Shown in pieces: positions 44,862 through 54,440 of a stretch of DNA of 64,000 nt (within the stretch, counting starts at the first letter, position 1; each line of letters starts with the position of its first letter). Under the pieces are notes generated by a model. The model saw only the letters and a list, made by a program, of their open reading frames with translations, had not been told where the DNA came from and did no database searches. A program made the translations under genes and the position numbers. The stretch spans positions 49,795 to 113,794 of the forward strand of contig JBHLRS010000007.1 of the NCBI GenBank assembly GCA_048882325.1. Reading direction: 5' to 3'. Origin of the DNA: Candidatus Thorarchaeota archaeon. GTDB lineage: Archaea; Asgardarchaeota; Thorarchaeia; Thorarchaeales; Thorarchaeaceae.

Positions 44862-46607
44862 TCAGTCCGGTACTTCAAAGAGGTCAATAAACCGGAACCG
44901 GTCGACATCCACTAGACCAAGGTCGGTTATCTTGAGTTTCGGAATGACAGGAAGTGATAGGAATGCCATTGCCATGAAGGGTTCATCTAAGGGTGTTCCA
45001 AGTTTGTGAGCTGCTGACTTCAGTTCCTTCAGTTTCTCGCTCACATGTTCAATTGGTTGGTCAGACATTAGACCTGCTATTGGCAGTGGTAAGGACTCTG
45101 TCACCTTCCCACTCTTCGCAAGAGCGATTCCGCCCTGCATTCTAACAATCTGGATAGCTGCCTGAATAAGGTCTTGGTCATTAGTGGCAACAGCAACAAT
45201 GTTATGTGAGTCATGAGCAATCGATGAAACCATGGCCCCATCAGTGAGGCCCATTCCCTTAACAAATCCCACCGATCTTGGCTCTGAGGCGTTATGACGA
45301 TCAATGATAGCGATTTTTGCTATATCGCGATCCGTGTCTGGGACAACTAAGCCATCCTCAATCTTGGGTTCTTCTATGAGTCGATTCGTGATTATCTGGT
45401 CAGGAATCATGCCAATCACGTTCATGAGGTTTCCACGAGGCTTTACCTGGAAGTCTTCTGGTTCTAGATAGTGGATGTTAACAGACCGTCTAAGTCGAGG
45501 TTGCTGTTCGATTCCAAACTCCTGAATCATCTTTCCATTCTTTGCTACTAGAACTCCTTGTTTGTAGACCATCTCAACATTTACTTTCTCAAGTGAATCT
45601 AGTACAACAATATCTGCATGATAACCTGGTGCCACAGCACCAATATACTGGAGGCCATAATGTCTCGCGGTTGATAATGACGCAACCTTGATTGCTAACA
45701 CGGGATCAACACCATACTTGACTGCAGCTCTTACCATACTGTCGATGTGACCCTTGGTCATCAGATCCAATGTATTTCTGTCATCAGTAACAAAACTACA
45801 GTTTTCAGCTGTGTGGGGTTCAATCAGTAAAGCCAGTGCCTCGAGATTCTTTGCTGTTGAACCTTCGCGAATGTGGATATGCATACCACGAGCTAGTTTT
45901 CGTCTAGCCTCTTCTATGTCGACAGATTCGTGTTCAGAAGTGATTCTTGCTGCAGCATACGCATTGAGATCGAGTCCCTCCAACTCCGGAGCATGACCAT
46001 CAATTCGTTTTCCCATACTTAGGGCAACTCGAATCTTCTCAAGAATAGTTGGCTCTCTATAGATGACCCCAGGATAATTCATTGCTTCAGCAAGACCAAG
46101 TACGTAGTGTTCTGTCATGAGTGGTTTGATGTCTAGGAAATCGAGAGCAACTCCATTAGTTTCAAGATCTGTTGATGGAACACAAGAGGGGAGCATCATA
46201 TAGAAATCAAGAGGACCTCCACGCATACTCTTGCTCATGTATAAAATGCCTTCCATCCCCAAGACATTCGCAATTTCGTGAGGATCGGCGACAACTGCAC
46301 CTGTGCCATGAGGAACCACAGCGCGTGCATACTGAATGGGCATAACCATTGAAGATTCCACATGGACGTGACCATCGATGAATGATGGAGACACATATTT
46401 TCCTTTGAGATCGATGACCTCATTACCCACATATTCACCAATTCCAGCGATGTATGCTCCATGGATGGCAATGTCACCAGGTGTAACTTCGCTGGTGAAG
46501 ACATTAACGACATTTGCATTTTTAAGAACCAAGTCAGCCCGGGTTCGTCCTGCCGCAACATCAATCATCTGGTCAAGTGGATAATCCTCGGAACGTGACA
46601 GAAACAT
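44862..46607 (-). CDS. ade: adenine deaminase
   Basis: FIDGHVHVESS, DPHEIANV, LAEAMNYPG, DGHAP, REGS, VTDD, AHDSHN, LPVIPKLKITD. Confidence 0.95.
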   Translation of the reverse strand: MFLSRSEDYPLDQMIDVAAGRTRADLVLKNANVVNVFTSEVTPGDIAIHGAYIAGIGEYVGNEVIDLKGKYVSPSFIDGHVHVESSMVMPIQYARAVVPHGTGAVVADPHEIANVLGMEGILYMSKSMRGGPLDFYMMLPSCVPSTDLETNGVALDFLDIKPLMTEHYVLGLAEAMNYPGVIYREPTILEKIRVALSMGKRIDGHAPELEGLDLNAYAAARITSEHESVDIEEARRKLARGMHIHIREGSTAKNLEALALLIEPHTAENCSFVTDDRNTLDLMTKGHIDSMVRAAVKYGVDPVLAIKVASLSTARHYGLQYIGAVAPGYHADIVVLDSLEKVNVEMVYKQGVLVAKNGKMIQEFGIEQQPRLRRSVNIHYLEPEDFQVKPRGNLMNVIGMIPDQIITNRLIEEPKIEDGLVVPDTDRDIAKIAIIDRHNASEPRSVGFVKGMGLTDGAMVSSIAHDSHNIVAVATNDQDLIQAAIQIVRMQGGIALAKSGKVTESLPLPIAGLMSDQPIEHVSEKLKELKSAAHKLGTPLDEPFMAMAFLSLPVIPKLKITDLGLVDVDRFRFIDLFEVPD

Positions 46608-46666
46608 CTCTTCTCACTCCCCTTGCACTATACGTGAGCAATGAAAAGGGTTTCTCAAGATAGATT

Positions 46667-47425
46667 CTATTTCGTCGCTACGACCACCAGATGGTCTGCT
46701 TCATTATCGTAGTCTCGACCATCGAGTCCACCATATATCTTAACATCTGAGAAACCAACCTGTTCGAGCATCTTCTTGATCTCAGATCCTGAATAGATCC
46801 AGTGAATGACATCCCATCGGTGGACTGTTCCATCTCTCTCAACAAAGACCCATTTGTTGTACATCTTACTCCAGTTCTCTATCGCTTCCCGTTCTTCAAG
46901 CATGAAACCATGCGGCCACTCAGACCAACTATGGCGCTGAAATATCCTTGCCAGCACCTCCTTTCCTGCTGATTCAAGAATGAATTTTCCACCTGGTCTA
47001 AGAGAAGAATAGACATTCCTCAAAACTAACATCTGTTCCTCATGGTCCTCAAAATAGCTGAATGATGTGAACATGCTCAAGACAAGGTCGAAGGAACTGC
47101 TTCTATGAAAAGTCCGCATGTCATCCTGTACAAACTCAATGTTGAGATTCTCTTCTTCTGCATTCTTACGAGCTTTCTCTAGGTACAGTACTGTTCTATC
47201 AACACCAACGACTCGATATCCGCGTCGTGCGAACTCGAGAGAATGACGACCTATACCACAACAAAGGTCAAGAACAACTGCGTCAGGCTCGATTCTGCAG
47301 AGTGACTTAATCATATCTACCTCATTAGTAGTGTAAGCAATTCTAGCTTCAGTAAACATTACCGGTTCCATTATCTCCCATAACTTATCGTCTTCATACC
47401 ACTCTAGCGAACTCTCATCTGGCAT
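46667..47425 (-). CDS. class I SAM-dependent methyltransferase
   Basis: VLDLCCGIGRHS, DDMR, FTSFSYF, LRPGG. Confidence 0.92.
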   Translation of the reverse strand: MPDESSLEWYEDDKLWEIMEPVMFTEARIAYTTNEVDMIKSLCRIEPDAVVLDLCCGIGRHSLEFARRGYRVVGVDRTVLYLEKARKNAEEENLNIEFVQDDMRTFHRSSSFDLVLSMFTSFSYFEDHEEQMLVLRNVYSSLRPGGKFILESAGKEVLARIFQRHSWSEWPHGFMLEEREAIENWSKMYNKWVFVERDGTVHRWDVIHWIYSGSEIKKMLEQVGFSDVKIYGGLDGRDYDNEADHLVVVATK

Positions 47426-47493
47426 GATATCAGGTCACCGACCACGAATACTCACTACTTCGTTAAGAATCAATGGACAAAAGGATTTGGATA

Positions 47494-47538
47494 GAAAAAG
47501 AGAGAGGACATCGGCCTTTCGAAGATAAAAGACCGATG
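47494..47538 (-). terminator. hairpin plus pyrimidine/T tract after the large surface protein gene
   Basis: On the minus strand CATCGGTCTTTT-loop-GAAAGGCCGATG, then TCCTCTCTCTTTTT. Confidence 0.6.
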
Positions 47539-47547
47539 CATATTGTA

Positions 47548-49866
47548 CTACTTCTTGAATCTCTTGACATACACAATGACAACTACAATGACACCTACAC
47601 CAACGACTGCTGGAATAGCGAAACCACCTAACATTCCAAGAATGTCTGGACCTGGAGGTGTAATCGGTGTGATATCCAACTCATGCGTTGCCAATGGAGT
47701 GATCCGAACATATAGGAAGCCATCAGTGACCAAAGGCCGATTCAATACCATCTCTAGTAGTAGAGAGTCTGAGATCGCTCCAAACTGGAATGAAAGGTCA
47801 GCTGTTGTTCCAACTAACTCATCGTTCAAATCAGTCCAGCCTGTAGTGTGGGTCCTTCCGTCAAATCTACTGTATAGACCAGCACTGAAGGATGACACAT
47901 CTGCTGTCTTCACTGACACGTTGTACCATGTTCCAGGAGTAGTGTTGAGACTGAATGCATATAGCTCAGTCGCACTTCCTGGAAGGGATAGTGTATAGTT
48001 GTCAGAACTAGCGCCTGCAGCCACATCCAGTGTAACTATCCGATCGTACCTATTGGCATAGTTACTGACCCAATCTAAGGTCACATCGACAGTGTAGTCC
48101 ATATACTCATTGGTAGCACCCTGAGTATTGTTCAGTACTTCCCATGCACAATATGTGACATACACTGGACCATCGTAGTAACGATTCCAAGCTATCACTT
48201 CTGTCCAGTTGTTGGCAATGCTCGGGTGAGGTATCACTGTGGAGCCGTCCCATCGATTCGCTAGGTTGAATGCTGAGGTATCTATCAACAAACCAGACGA
48301 GTCATAGACGCTTTGTTCGAATCGTACAGTCACATTGTCCCTATTGTTCAAGAACAGTGAGAGGTTGTATGTACGGAAGACCTGACTGGAAACCTGGAAA
48401 CCACCCACGTAAGTAAATCCAGTCTGTGTTTCTGTTGTGAGTGGATTAAGATTGAACTTGACCCATTCATAGACAGGACTTATGGCAACATCCATCTCAA
48501 CAATGTACTCGCCAACTGGTAGGAAGTAGTTATCTGCGTCCTCAATTGCGGATGCGAAATTGATCGTACGCGAATGTCGGAAACCATCTTCAGAGATTCC
48601 GATTATCCTTAAATCTAACTCCGCGCCGCTTGCAGTTGAATTCACTCGAAGCACCGAGGGTTCCTCAACATCGAGTATGTATGCGCGATGCACCGTTGTA
48701 CCAATGTCGTTCATCACCTGGAACTTCTCGTTCACAGGAAGAACTCCTTGACTGTTGGTCTGATGATAGAGAGTATATTCGATGTTGTCTCCACCCATAA
48801 CAGTCACATAATAGGGACCACCTCGGAAGAAATACTCGCCAGTCGTTGGACTACCGTACGCATTCTCGTAACGTTGGCCACCATCATATCCATAGGTGAA
48901 CAAGTCACTGGTGAAACGGATACTTGGCGGTTGAGTAATACCAATGAACATTTCCGGGTAGTTGAACGCATAGGTCAGTGATGCAACATCATCTGGTGAA
49001 TTCACTTTGTATGTGTGAACGGTAGGGGCCAGTTCCTGATGGACCCAGCTCCCCGTGTCCTCACGCATTATAATCTCTCCTGTGGGTAGCTCTCCAGTCA
49101 CAATGTTCTCAGGTGCAATGACCTGTGGTGAAACAGCCTTTGGCAAAATATCAAACATCGAGAAAGTGCCCGACGTTGGAAAGGCTTGTAGAATCACATA
49201 GTATGTACCTGCTATTGATGGTTTGAATGGTAGTGTCCAGATGTCACCATCACTTCCACCGTATGATGTCATGAATCTACCTTCAGGATCAATGATTACA
49301 ATACTCCATGAGACATCGTCTTGTCTACTGTCAATAGTCAAGTGAACGAATTCCTGGTTACTAATTCTGAGGGTCCCATAGCAAACATAGCCAGTTTCAA
49401 CTAAAACCGGTGTGTGTTGGCCAAAGGACAGACCGAAAGTTCTTGTCTGAAGAGTAGTGTTTACAAAATGCTCGCTATCATCTGATGCTGCAAAGTCATA
49501 GAACTCTGGTAAAAGTGTGGGATTGGCGAATGGTCCAGTGCCCCATCCATTGAATGACAACCAATTGAATGGCACCTTCATATCCGCAGGCACACTACTG
49601 AGGGCTCTTGCCCAACCAGTAGAATCATACCTATAAACGGACATATCCAGATCTTCGTCTACATCCATCCAGCTTCTTGACACCGAATCCAATGGGTCAG
49701 GCGGGATATACACGTATGTATGATTGTTTGCACCGGATGCATAGCCTATATTTAATTCTTCAATTACGATATTGGTCTGAAGTGCTGAAACCGGGGCAGC
49801 TAGAGCGATAAGAAAAATCATCGTTGCTGCTAGCCCAAGTCCCATCTTCATGTTGACGTGCTTCAT
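47548..49866 (-). CDS. large secreted beta-sandwich surface protein with C-terminal TM anchor
   Basis: Signal peptide, PPC-like segments (AGTYYVIL), sequons, TM helix followed by KRFKK. Confidence 0.8.
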   Translation of the reverse strand: MKHVNMKMGLGLAATMIFLIALAAPVSALQTNIVIEELNIGYASGANNHTYVYIPPDPLDSVSRSWMDVDEDLDMSVYRYDSTGWARALSSVPADMKVPFNWLSFNGWGTGPFANPTLLPEFYDFAASDDSEHFVNTTLQTRTFGLSFGQHTPVLVETGYVCYGTLRISNQEFVHLTIDSRQDDVSWSIVIIDPEGRFMTSYGGSDGDIWTLPFKPSIAGTYYVILQAFPTSGTFSMFDILPKAVSPQVIAPENIVTGELPTGEIIMREDTGSWVHQELAPTVHTYKVNSPDDVASLTYAFNYPEMFIGITQPPSIRFTSDLFTYGYDGGQRYENAYGSPTTGEYFFRGGPYYVTVMGGDNIEYTLYHQTNSQGVLPVNEKFQVMNDIGTTVHRAYILDVEEPSVLRVNSTASGAELDLRIIGISEDGFRHSRTINFASAIEDADNYFLPVGEYIVEMDVAISPVYEWVKFNLNPLTTETQTGFTYVGGFQVSSQVFRTYNLSLFLNNRDNVTVRFEQSVYDSSGLLIDTSAFNLANRWDGSTVIPHPSIANNWTEVIAWNRYYDGPVYVTYCAWEVLNNTQGATNEYMDYTVDVTLDWVSNYANRYDRIVTLDVAAGASSDNYTLSLPGSATELYAFSLNTTPGTWYNVSVKTADVSSFSAGLYSRFDGRTHTTGWTDLNDELVGTTADLSFQFGAISDSLLLEMVLNRPLVTDGFLYVRITPLATHELDITPITPPGPDILGMLGGFAIPAVVGVGVIVVVIVYVKRFKK

Positions 49867-49927
49867 GGCACATCCTCACCTCGTACACTCTTGATATTCA
49901 AATAGATATGAACTCATTTCGTTCAGA

Positions 49928-50362
49928 CTATCTCCTTTTTTTCAGAATCAATAGCACTACAACGATAATGACAGCTGCCGATCCAACTGAAATCAAAATG
50001 ATAGCATTGCGAAGCGGATCAAGTTGTTGGGGACCTGATGGATAAGTCGGGGTTGTTGCGGGAGTCGTAGCTGTGCTAGCTGGTGGTAATCTGACACTGA
50101 CGAAAACTGTGTCTAATGTTTCGAGTAGAAGTTGATCTCTAACTCTGATGGTGTAATTATGAAGTCCAACCGGTAGACCATCTACATTAATCACAACCGT
50201 AGTATTCTCTCCTTCAATCCATAGATGAGTTTCAGTATAACCACCATCAATGTAAAGATTGCAGTAGTTCAGACTCAAATCAAAGGAAAACCATACAATC
50301 TGATATCCGGTTTCACCTTCATTGTAGCTGATATCCTCAGGATATCCTGACACTCTTGACAC
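49928..50362 (-). CDS. single Ig-like domain plus TM anchor, no signal peptide (possible gene remnant)
   Basis: NVDGLPVGLHNYTI...DTVFVSV resembles the ORF at 2-481; Thr/Pro linker; TM helix followed by KKRR. Confidence 0.55.
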   Translation of the reverse strand: MSRVSGYPEDISYNEGETGYQIVWFSFDLSLNYCNLYIDGGYTETHLWIEGENTTVVINVDGLPVGLHNYTIRVRDQLLLETLDTVFVSVRLPPASTATTPATTPTYPSGPQQLDPLRNAIILISVGSAAVIIVVVLLILKKRR

Positions 50363-50450
50363 TTGACACTCTTTCTACACATCGAGAGATTCAGATTATG
50401 AATTATTAACCTTTATCGAAAACTTAATAATTATAGTAACGATAGTTAAC

Positions 50451-50564
50451 ATGATTACAATGAATAAGCAAACCGATCAATTCGAATGTAAACTGTGTGG
50501 CAAGAAACTCAGCTCCCAAGAGGAGATGAAGAAGCACGCGGCAGAGATGCATCACAAGCATTAG
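50451..50564 (+). CDS. C2H2 zinc-finger microprotein (37 aa), not in the ORF track
   Basis: MITMNKQTDQFECKLCGKKLSSQEEMKKHAAEMHHKH = F-x-C-x2-C-x12-H-x4-H. Confidence 0.78.
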   Translation: MITMNKQTDQFECKLCGKKLSSQEEMKKHAAEMHHKH

Positions 50565-50581
50565 GAATCTCTACAACTTAT

Positions 50582-50607
50582 GATCCCCGGTTTCCAGATC
50601 GGGGATC
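50582..50607 (+). terminator. hairpin after the zinc-finger microprotein gene
   Basis: GATCCCCG...CGGGGATC, followed by TTCATCTTT. Confidence 0.6.
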
Positions 50608-50715
50608 TTCATCTTTCGCTTTAGAACCCAGATAACAGATTTCTGCATATGCAATTACCTTTTAACTCGGTTCTACTCAGCGCAAAATCAAGCATCAATA
50701 CAAGTCTATCATGAG

Positions 50716-51360
50716 ATGATGCAAATGACAGTGCGGACAGACTCGAGGAGTATTGCTATCTTTGCTATATTTGCAGCAATGGTTCTAGCTATGGAAGTTA
50801 TTCCAGTACCATTTCTGACAGACATCCCACTCGGTGGTGGTTTCACTATAGATCCCACTGGGATTCCTGTTGTAATCGTCTTTGTGGGACTAGGTATAGT
50901 CTATTCACTGATTCTTGTACCAGTTATTTGGGTCGCAATCGCTTATCGAGGGAAACTTCCTGGAGCAACTTTCAAGGCATTCGCTGAGTTCTATACTCTG
51001 CTAGGACTTTTCATTGCTAGACTCATTCTTAGAAAACGTTCATATGATTGGAAAATTGCTTTACCAACGTACGTAGCATTTGGTATCATTTTCCGGTCTA
51101 TTGGAATGTTTCTAACAAACATCCCATTACTCCAAATCTTTTATGGATTTACTCCAGAAACTGCTGTAATAGGATCGGCTGGTTATGTACTTCTAAATAT
51201 CTTTCAAGCAATCATCAATATAGTACTTGGAATTGGTTTCTTCATCATCATTCCTGAGAACCTAAAGATTGAAGCACAGCTAGGATCGCACAGAGCTGAC
51301 AGGATCGAGAATTACGAAGAGATATCAGCAGAGGAGCTAGAAGAAACGAACAATGAATAG
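50716..51360 (+). CDS. ECF transporter S component
   Basis: SIAIFAIFAAMVLAME, TIDPTGIPV; about 6 TM helices. Confidence 0.75.
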   Translation: MMQMTVRTDSRSIAIFAIFAAMVLAMEVIPVPFLTDIPLGGGFTIDPTGIPVVIVFVGLGIVYSLILVPVIWVAIAYRGKLPGATFKAFAEFYTLLGLFIARLILRKRSYDWKIALPTYVAFGIIFRSIGMFLTNIPLLQIFYGFTPETAVIGSAGYVLLNIFQAIINIVLGIGFFIIIPENLKIEAQLGSHRADRIENYEEISAEELEETNNE

Positions 51361-52108
51361 CAAGCGACTCGAATTGTTTCCACTGAGAGGTTTCCCAATT
51401 GTACAACCTGGCGATGATGTGCCCAACCTCATCGCCTCCGTGATTAAGGAAAGTGGTTTTAAGTTTCAGCAAGGAGACATCATTGTTGTCACACACACTA
51501 TTGTGTCGATAGCGGAAAACAAATTGCAGAGGTTAGCAGAGGTCATTGTTTCAGACAAGGCTAAGGAAATGGCATTAAGTCTGAAACGCGCTCAGGAGAA
51601 TGTCGAGGTTGCACTTCAGCAGGCAAAAGATGTTCTTAGAGAAGGACCAGTCCTAATCACCAGAACCGAGCATGGTATTATCACTGATTATTCAGGTGTC
51701 GATGAGAGTAATGCTCCACCAGGAACTCTTGTCACTCTTCCTGATGATCCTAACATGTCTGCAAAAGAAATCAGTAAAGTGATTTCCAGGGGTACAGGAT
51801 TTAATGTCCCTGTCATCATAACGGATACCCAAGGAAGACCGTGGAGAAAAGGAGCAGTGAATCTCGCAATTGGAGTTGCAGGTATGTCTCCATTCACTCA
51901 AAATGCAGGAAAAGAGGACATCTATGGACGTGAGCTTAGAAGCTCAATGGTATGTATTGCCGACCAAATGGCGAGTGCCGCGGAGCTACTGATGGGACAA
52001 GCAAATGAAGGTGTGCCTGTAGTGATAGTGAGAGGGGTTGAGTTCGATGCAGAGGGTAGTTCAACATCTCAAATCATTCGGCCTGATTCAGAGAGTCTTT
52101 TTGATTAG
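51353..52108 (+). CDS. cofE: coenzyme F420-0:L-glutamate ligase
   Basis: PIVQPGDD, GVDESN, LPDDP, ITDTQGRPWRKG, DIYGRELR, LMGQANEGVPVVIVRG. Confidence 0.88.
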   Translation: MNSKRLELFPLRGFPIVQPGDDVPNLIASVIKESGFKFQQGDIIVVTHTIVSIAENKLQRLAEVIVSDKAKEMALSLKRAQENVEVALQQAKDVLREGPVLITRTEHGIITDYSGVDESNAPPGTLVTLPDDPNMSAKEISKVISRGTGFNVPVIITDTQGRPWRKGAVNLAIGVAGMSPFTQNAGKEDIYGRELRSSMVCIADQMASAAELLMGQANEGVPVVIVRGVEFDAEGSSTSQIIRPDSESLFD

Positions 52109-54378
52109 TCTACAACGGCAATCCGTCGCCTATCAAGAATAACAATCACAAGAACAACCACACCCATGACCACGCCTGCACTGACCAGAATAACAGGGTC
52201 AAGTTTCCAGGATGTCGGTGAGGTTGGCGATGTTTGCGAGGGTGAAATTGTAGTATTCACAATCGGAAAATTGTCTTGATCATTTGAATCAATGATGTAA
52301 GGACCATGACCCGAGTAATCAGACCACCAATTCCCGGTGTCAACTTGATCATCCCAATGATTTGATGAACCCTCGCAGATTGCATTCGGTGAGTTGTACG
52401 CAAACTCATTGGCGTAGATATCATTCCTATTAGAGCTTGCATCCAGAAGGATTCCAACTCCAGTGTTATTGTAAACATGATTCTCGATAATGAAACAGTC
52501 AGAGGAACTATTGAGGAGTATCCCACGAGAGTTTAGATAGATTGAGTTTCCATTCAATTCGCAACCATCAGCATCCTCCAGAAAAACACCATAGCCATTC
52601 TCAAAGATTCTGTTCCTCGACAACGTACAATTCATGCTGTTTACTAGGTTGATGGCTTCGTCATTTCTCCAAATCAGACATTCTCGAATTGTGCAGTCCC
52701 AAGACTGAACCAACCTTACAGCTTTCAAGTTGTTTCTTATATAGACATCCACTATATCAATGCCCTCTGAGTCAACGATGACAATAGCAGTCCATGAATG
52801 ATAATACTCCAAGCCCCGCAGTATGCGACAATTAGCAGAAGACTGAAAGAAGACACCATTAGTGTTGTTGTGGAAACTTACATCGATGAGTTCACAATCA
52901 GTACAATTGATGAGAGTAATTGCAGCGGCTTCGCCCGTCATTGGATAGGGATCATCTGTAAGATCTGAACTGACTCCAAAGAAGTTGCCCCCTACAATGG
53001 TAACATTAGTACAACTTACGAGATTCAACTGACCGTATTCAATACCATTAATCAAGGTATCCTCGAGGTACACAAATAACCCAATGATTTTACCATTAAT
53101 CTTGTTATCCTGAAAACGAATAGTGCTAAAATTCCAATCATTGTAATTGTCGATATATGGATAGAGACCTCCCTCATCAAAGGTATTCGAAATGATGTCA
53201 CAGTCATTCGCAGGACCATGCGGTACATTGGCCCAATTTGAATACCAGACAAATGCAAAACCATAACGTCCATCAGCAACTGTGTTGTGTGAAACATTGC
53301 AACTCCTTGCACCTTGGAGGATGAGTCCTTGACCAACATGTGTTATTGTGTTTGAGAAGATCTCTGAACCCACACCACCATGAATAGCTATGCCAGTCTC
53401 GTATCTTCCAGATCTCCCTCGAACCAAATTATCATGAACCCACGTATTGTTTGCATTAACTAGGTCAATACCCAGAGAATTGTTGATAAGACGATTATCA
53501 ATCACAGTGCTATTCGTAGTTAGGAGATTGATTCCAGAATTAGCACCGGATACATTGTTTCTTTCTAGGAGTAAATCGAAACCGTTAGCTGTCATTCCAC
53601 TCCAGAGAAAACCTGAAATTTCATTTCCAATAACTCGACAAGAACCGCCACCCCAGAAGTCGATACCCGTCCAAGGATAGGCCACATCTGGTTTGGAAGC
53701 TAATAAGACATTGTCTACGATTGAGCTATTGTATGTAGTGCTGATTACTAACCCATATTGTCTGACATTTTCAAAATGGTTCTCTACGATACTGCAGTTC
53801 CAACACCCACTCGTATATATTCCAGAATAGCATGAATTAAGAGTTTGAGAATTGTTGAAGACAGAGGTGAAATTACTCCAACGTAAATCAATGGCTAATG
53901 ACGTGACAATGAATTCATTGTTAGATAGTGTACAATTAAACAAGGCAGCACCTGCAATTCCATAGTTGCTATTGACAACACGATTACCATACACTTCACC
54001 ATTACTTACATTCGTTAGAGTTAGTGGGAATACCAAATACTGTGGTGTGTATTCAAAAACAGGTGAAATGAAGAGACAGTTTTGGATAACAAAGTGGCTA
54101 GTTGTATTTGCCACCCAGATACAGACAGAACTACTTCGTGTAATGTTCAAATTATCAATGATGTATGGATCTGTTAGTGTGCCATTACCTGGAAATCCTA
54201 GAGAAACGAAATCTGCGTTTGATGTGATATTAAATGGCGCATGCGCGATATATGACGTTTCTATCCGATTGGTATGAACCAAGTCAGTTTTTGATGGATT
54301 CTTTGCCAGGTTACTCTGTGCAGCCAATGAGAAGCCAAGTACGATAATTAGTAGAAGTACCACTCCACGTCGAACCAA
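52105..54378 (-). CDS. secreted right-handed beta-helix (NosD/CASH) protein with C-terminal TM
   Basis: HAPFNITSNADF...GNGTLTDPYII, repeated N-x-x-G-I-x-L, GNWWSDY. Confidence 0.88.
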   Translation of the reverse strand: MVRRGVVLLLIIVLGFSLAAQSNLAKNPSKTDLVHTNRIETSYIAHAPFNITSNADFVSLGFPGNGTLTDPYIIDNLNITRSSSVCIWVANTTSHFVIQNCLFISPVFEYTPQYLVFPLTLTNVSNGEVYGNRVVNSNYGIAGAALFNCTLSNNEFIVTSLAIDLRWSNFTSVFNNSQTLNSCYSGIYTSGCWNCSIVENHFENVRQYGLVISTTYNSSIVDNVLLASKPDVAYPWTGIDFWGGGSCRVIGNEISGFLWSGMTANGFDLLLERNNVSGANSGINLLTTNSTVIDNRLINNSLGIDLVNANNTWVHDNLVRGRSGRYETGIAIHGGVGSEIFSNTITHVGQGLILQGARSCNVSHNTVADGRYGFAFVWYSNWANVPHGPANDCDIISNTFDEGGLYPYIDNYNDWNFSTIRFQDNKINGKIIGLFVYLEDTLINGIEYGQLNLVSCTNVTIVGGNFFGVSSDLTDDPYPMTGEAAAITLINCTDCELIDVSFHNNTNGVFFQSSANCRILRGLEYYHSWTAIVIVDSEGIDIVDVYIRNNLKAVRLVQSWDCTIRECLIWRNDEAINLVNSMNCTLSRNRIFENGYGVFLEDADGCELNGNSIYLNSRGILLNSSSDCFIIENHVYNNTGVGILLDASSNRNDIYANEFAYNSPNAICEGSSNHWDDQVDTGNWWSDYSGHGPYIIDSNDQDNFPIVNTTISPSQTSPTSPTSWKLDPVILVSAGVVMGVVVLVIVILDRRRIAVVD

Positions 54379-54440
54379 TACTAAATCCCCAGATCCTTAC
54401 AAGTTATGTTTTATCTAGAACAATATGAAGTTTGACACAA

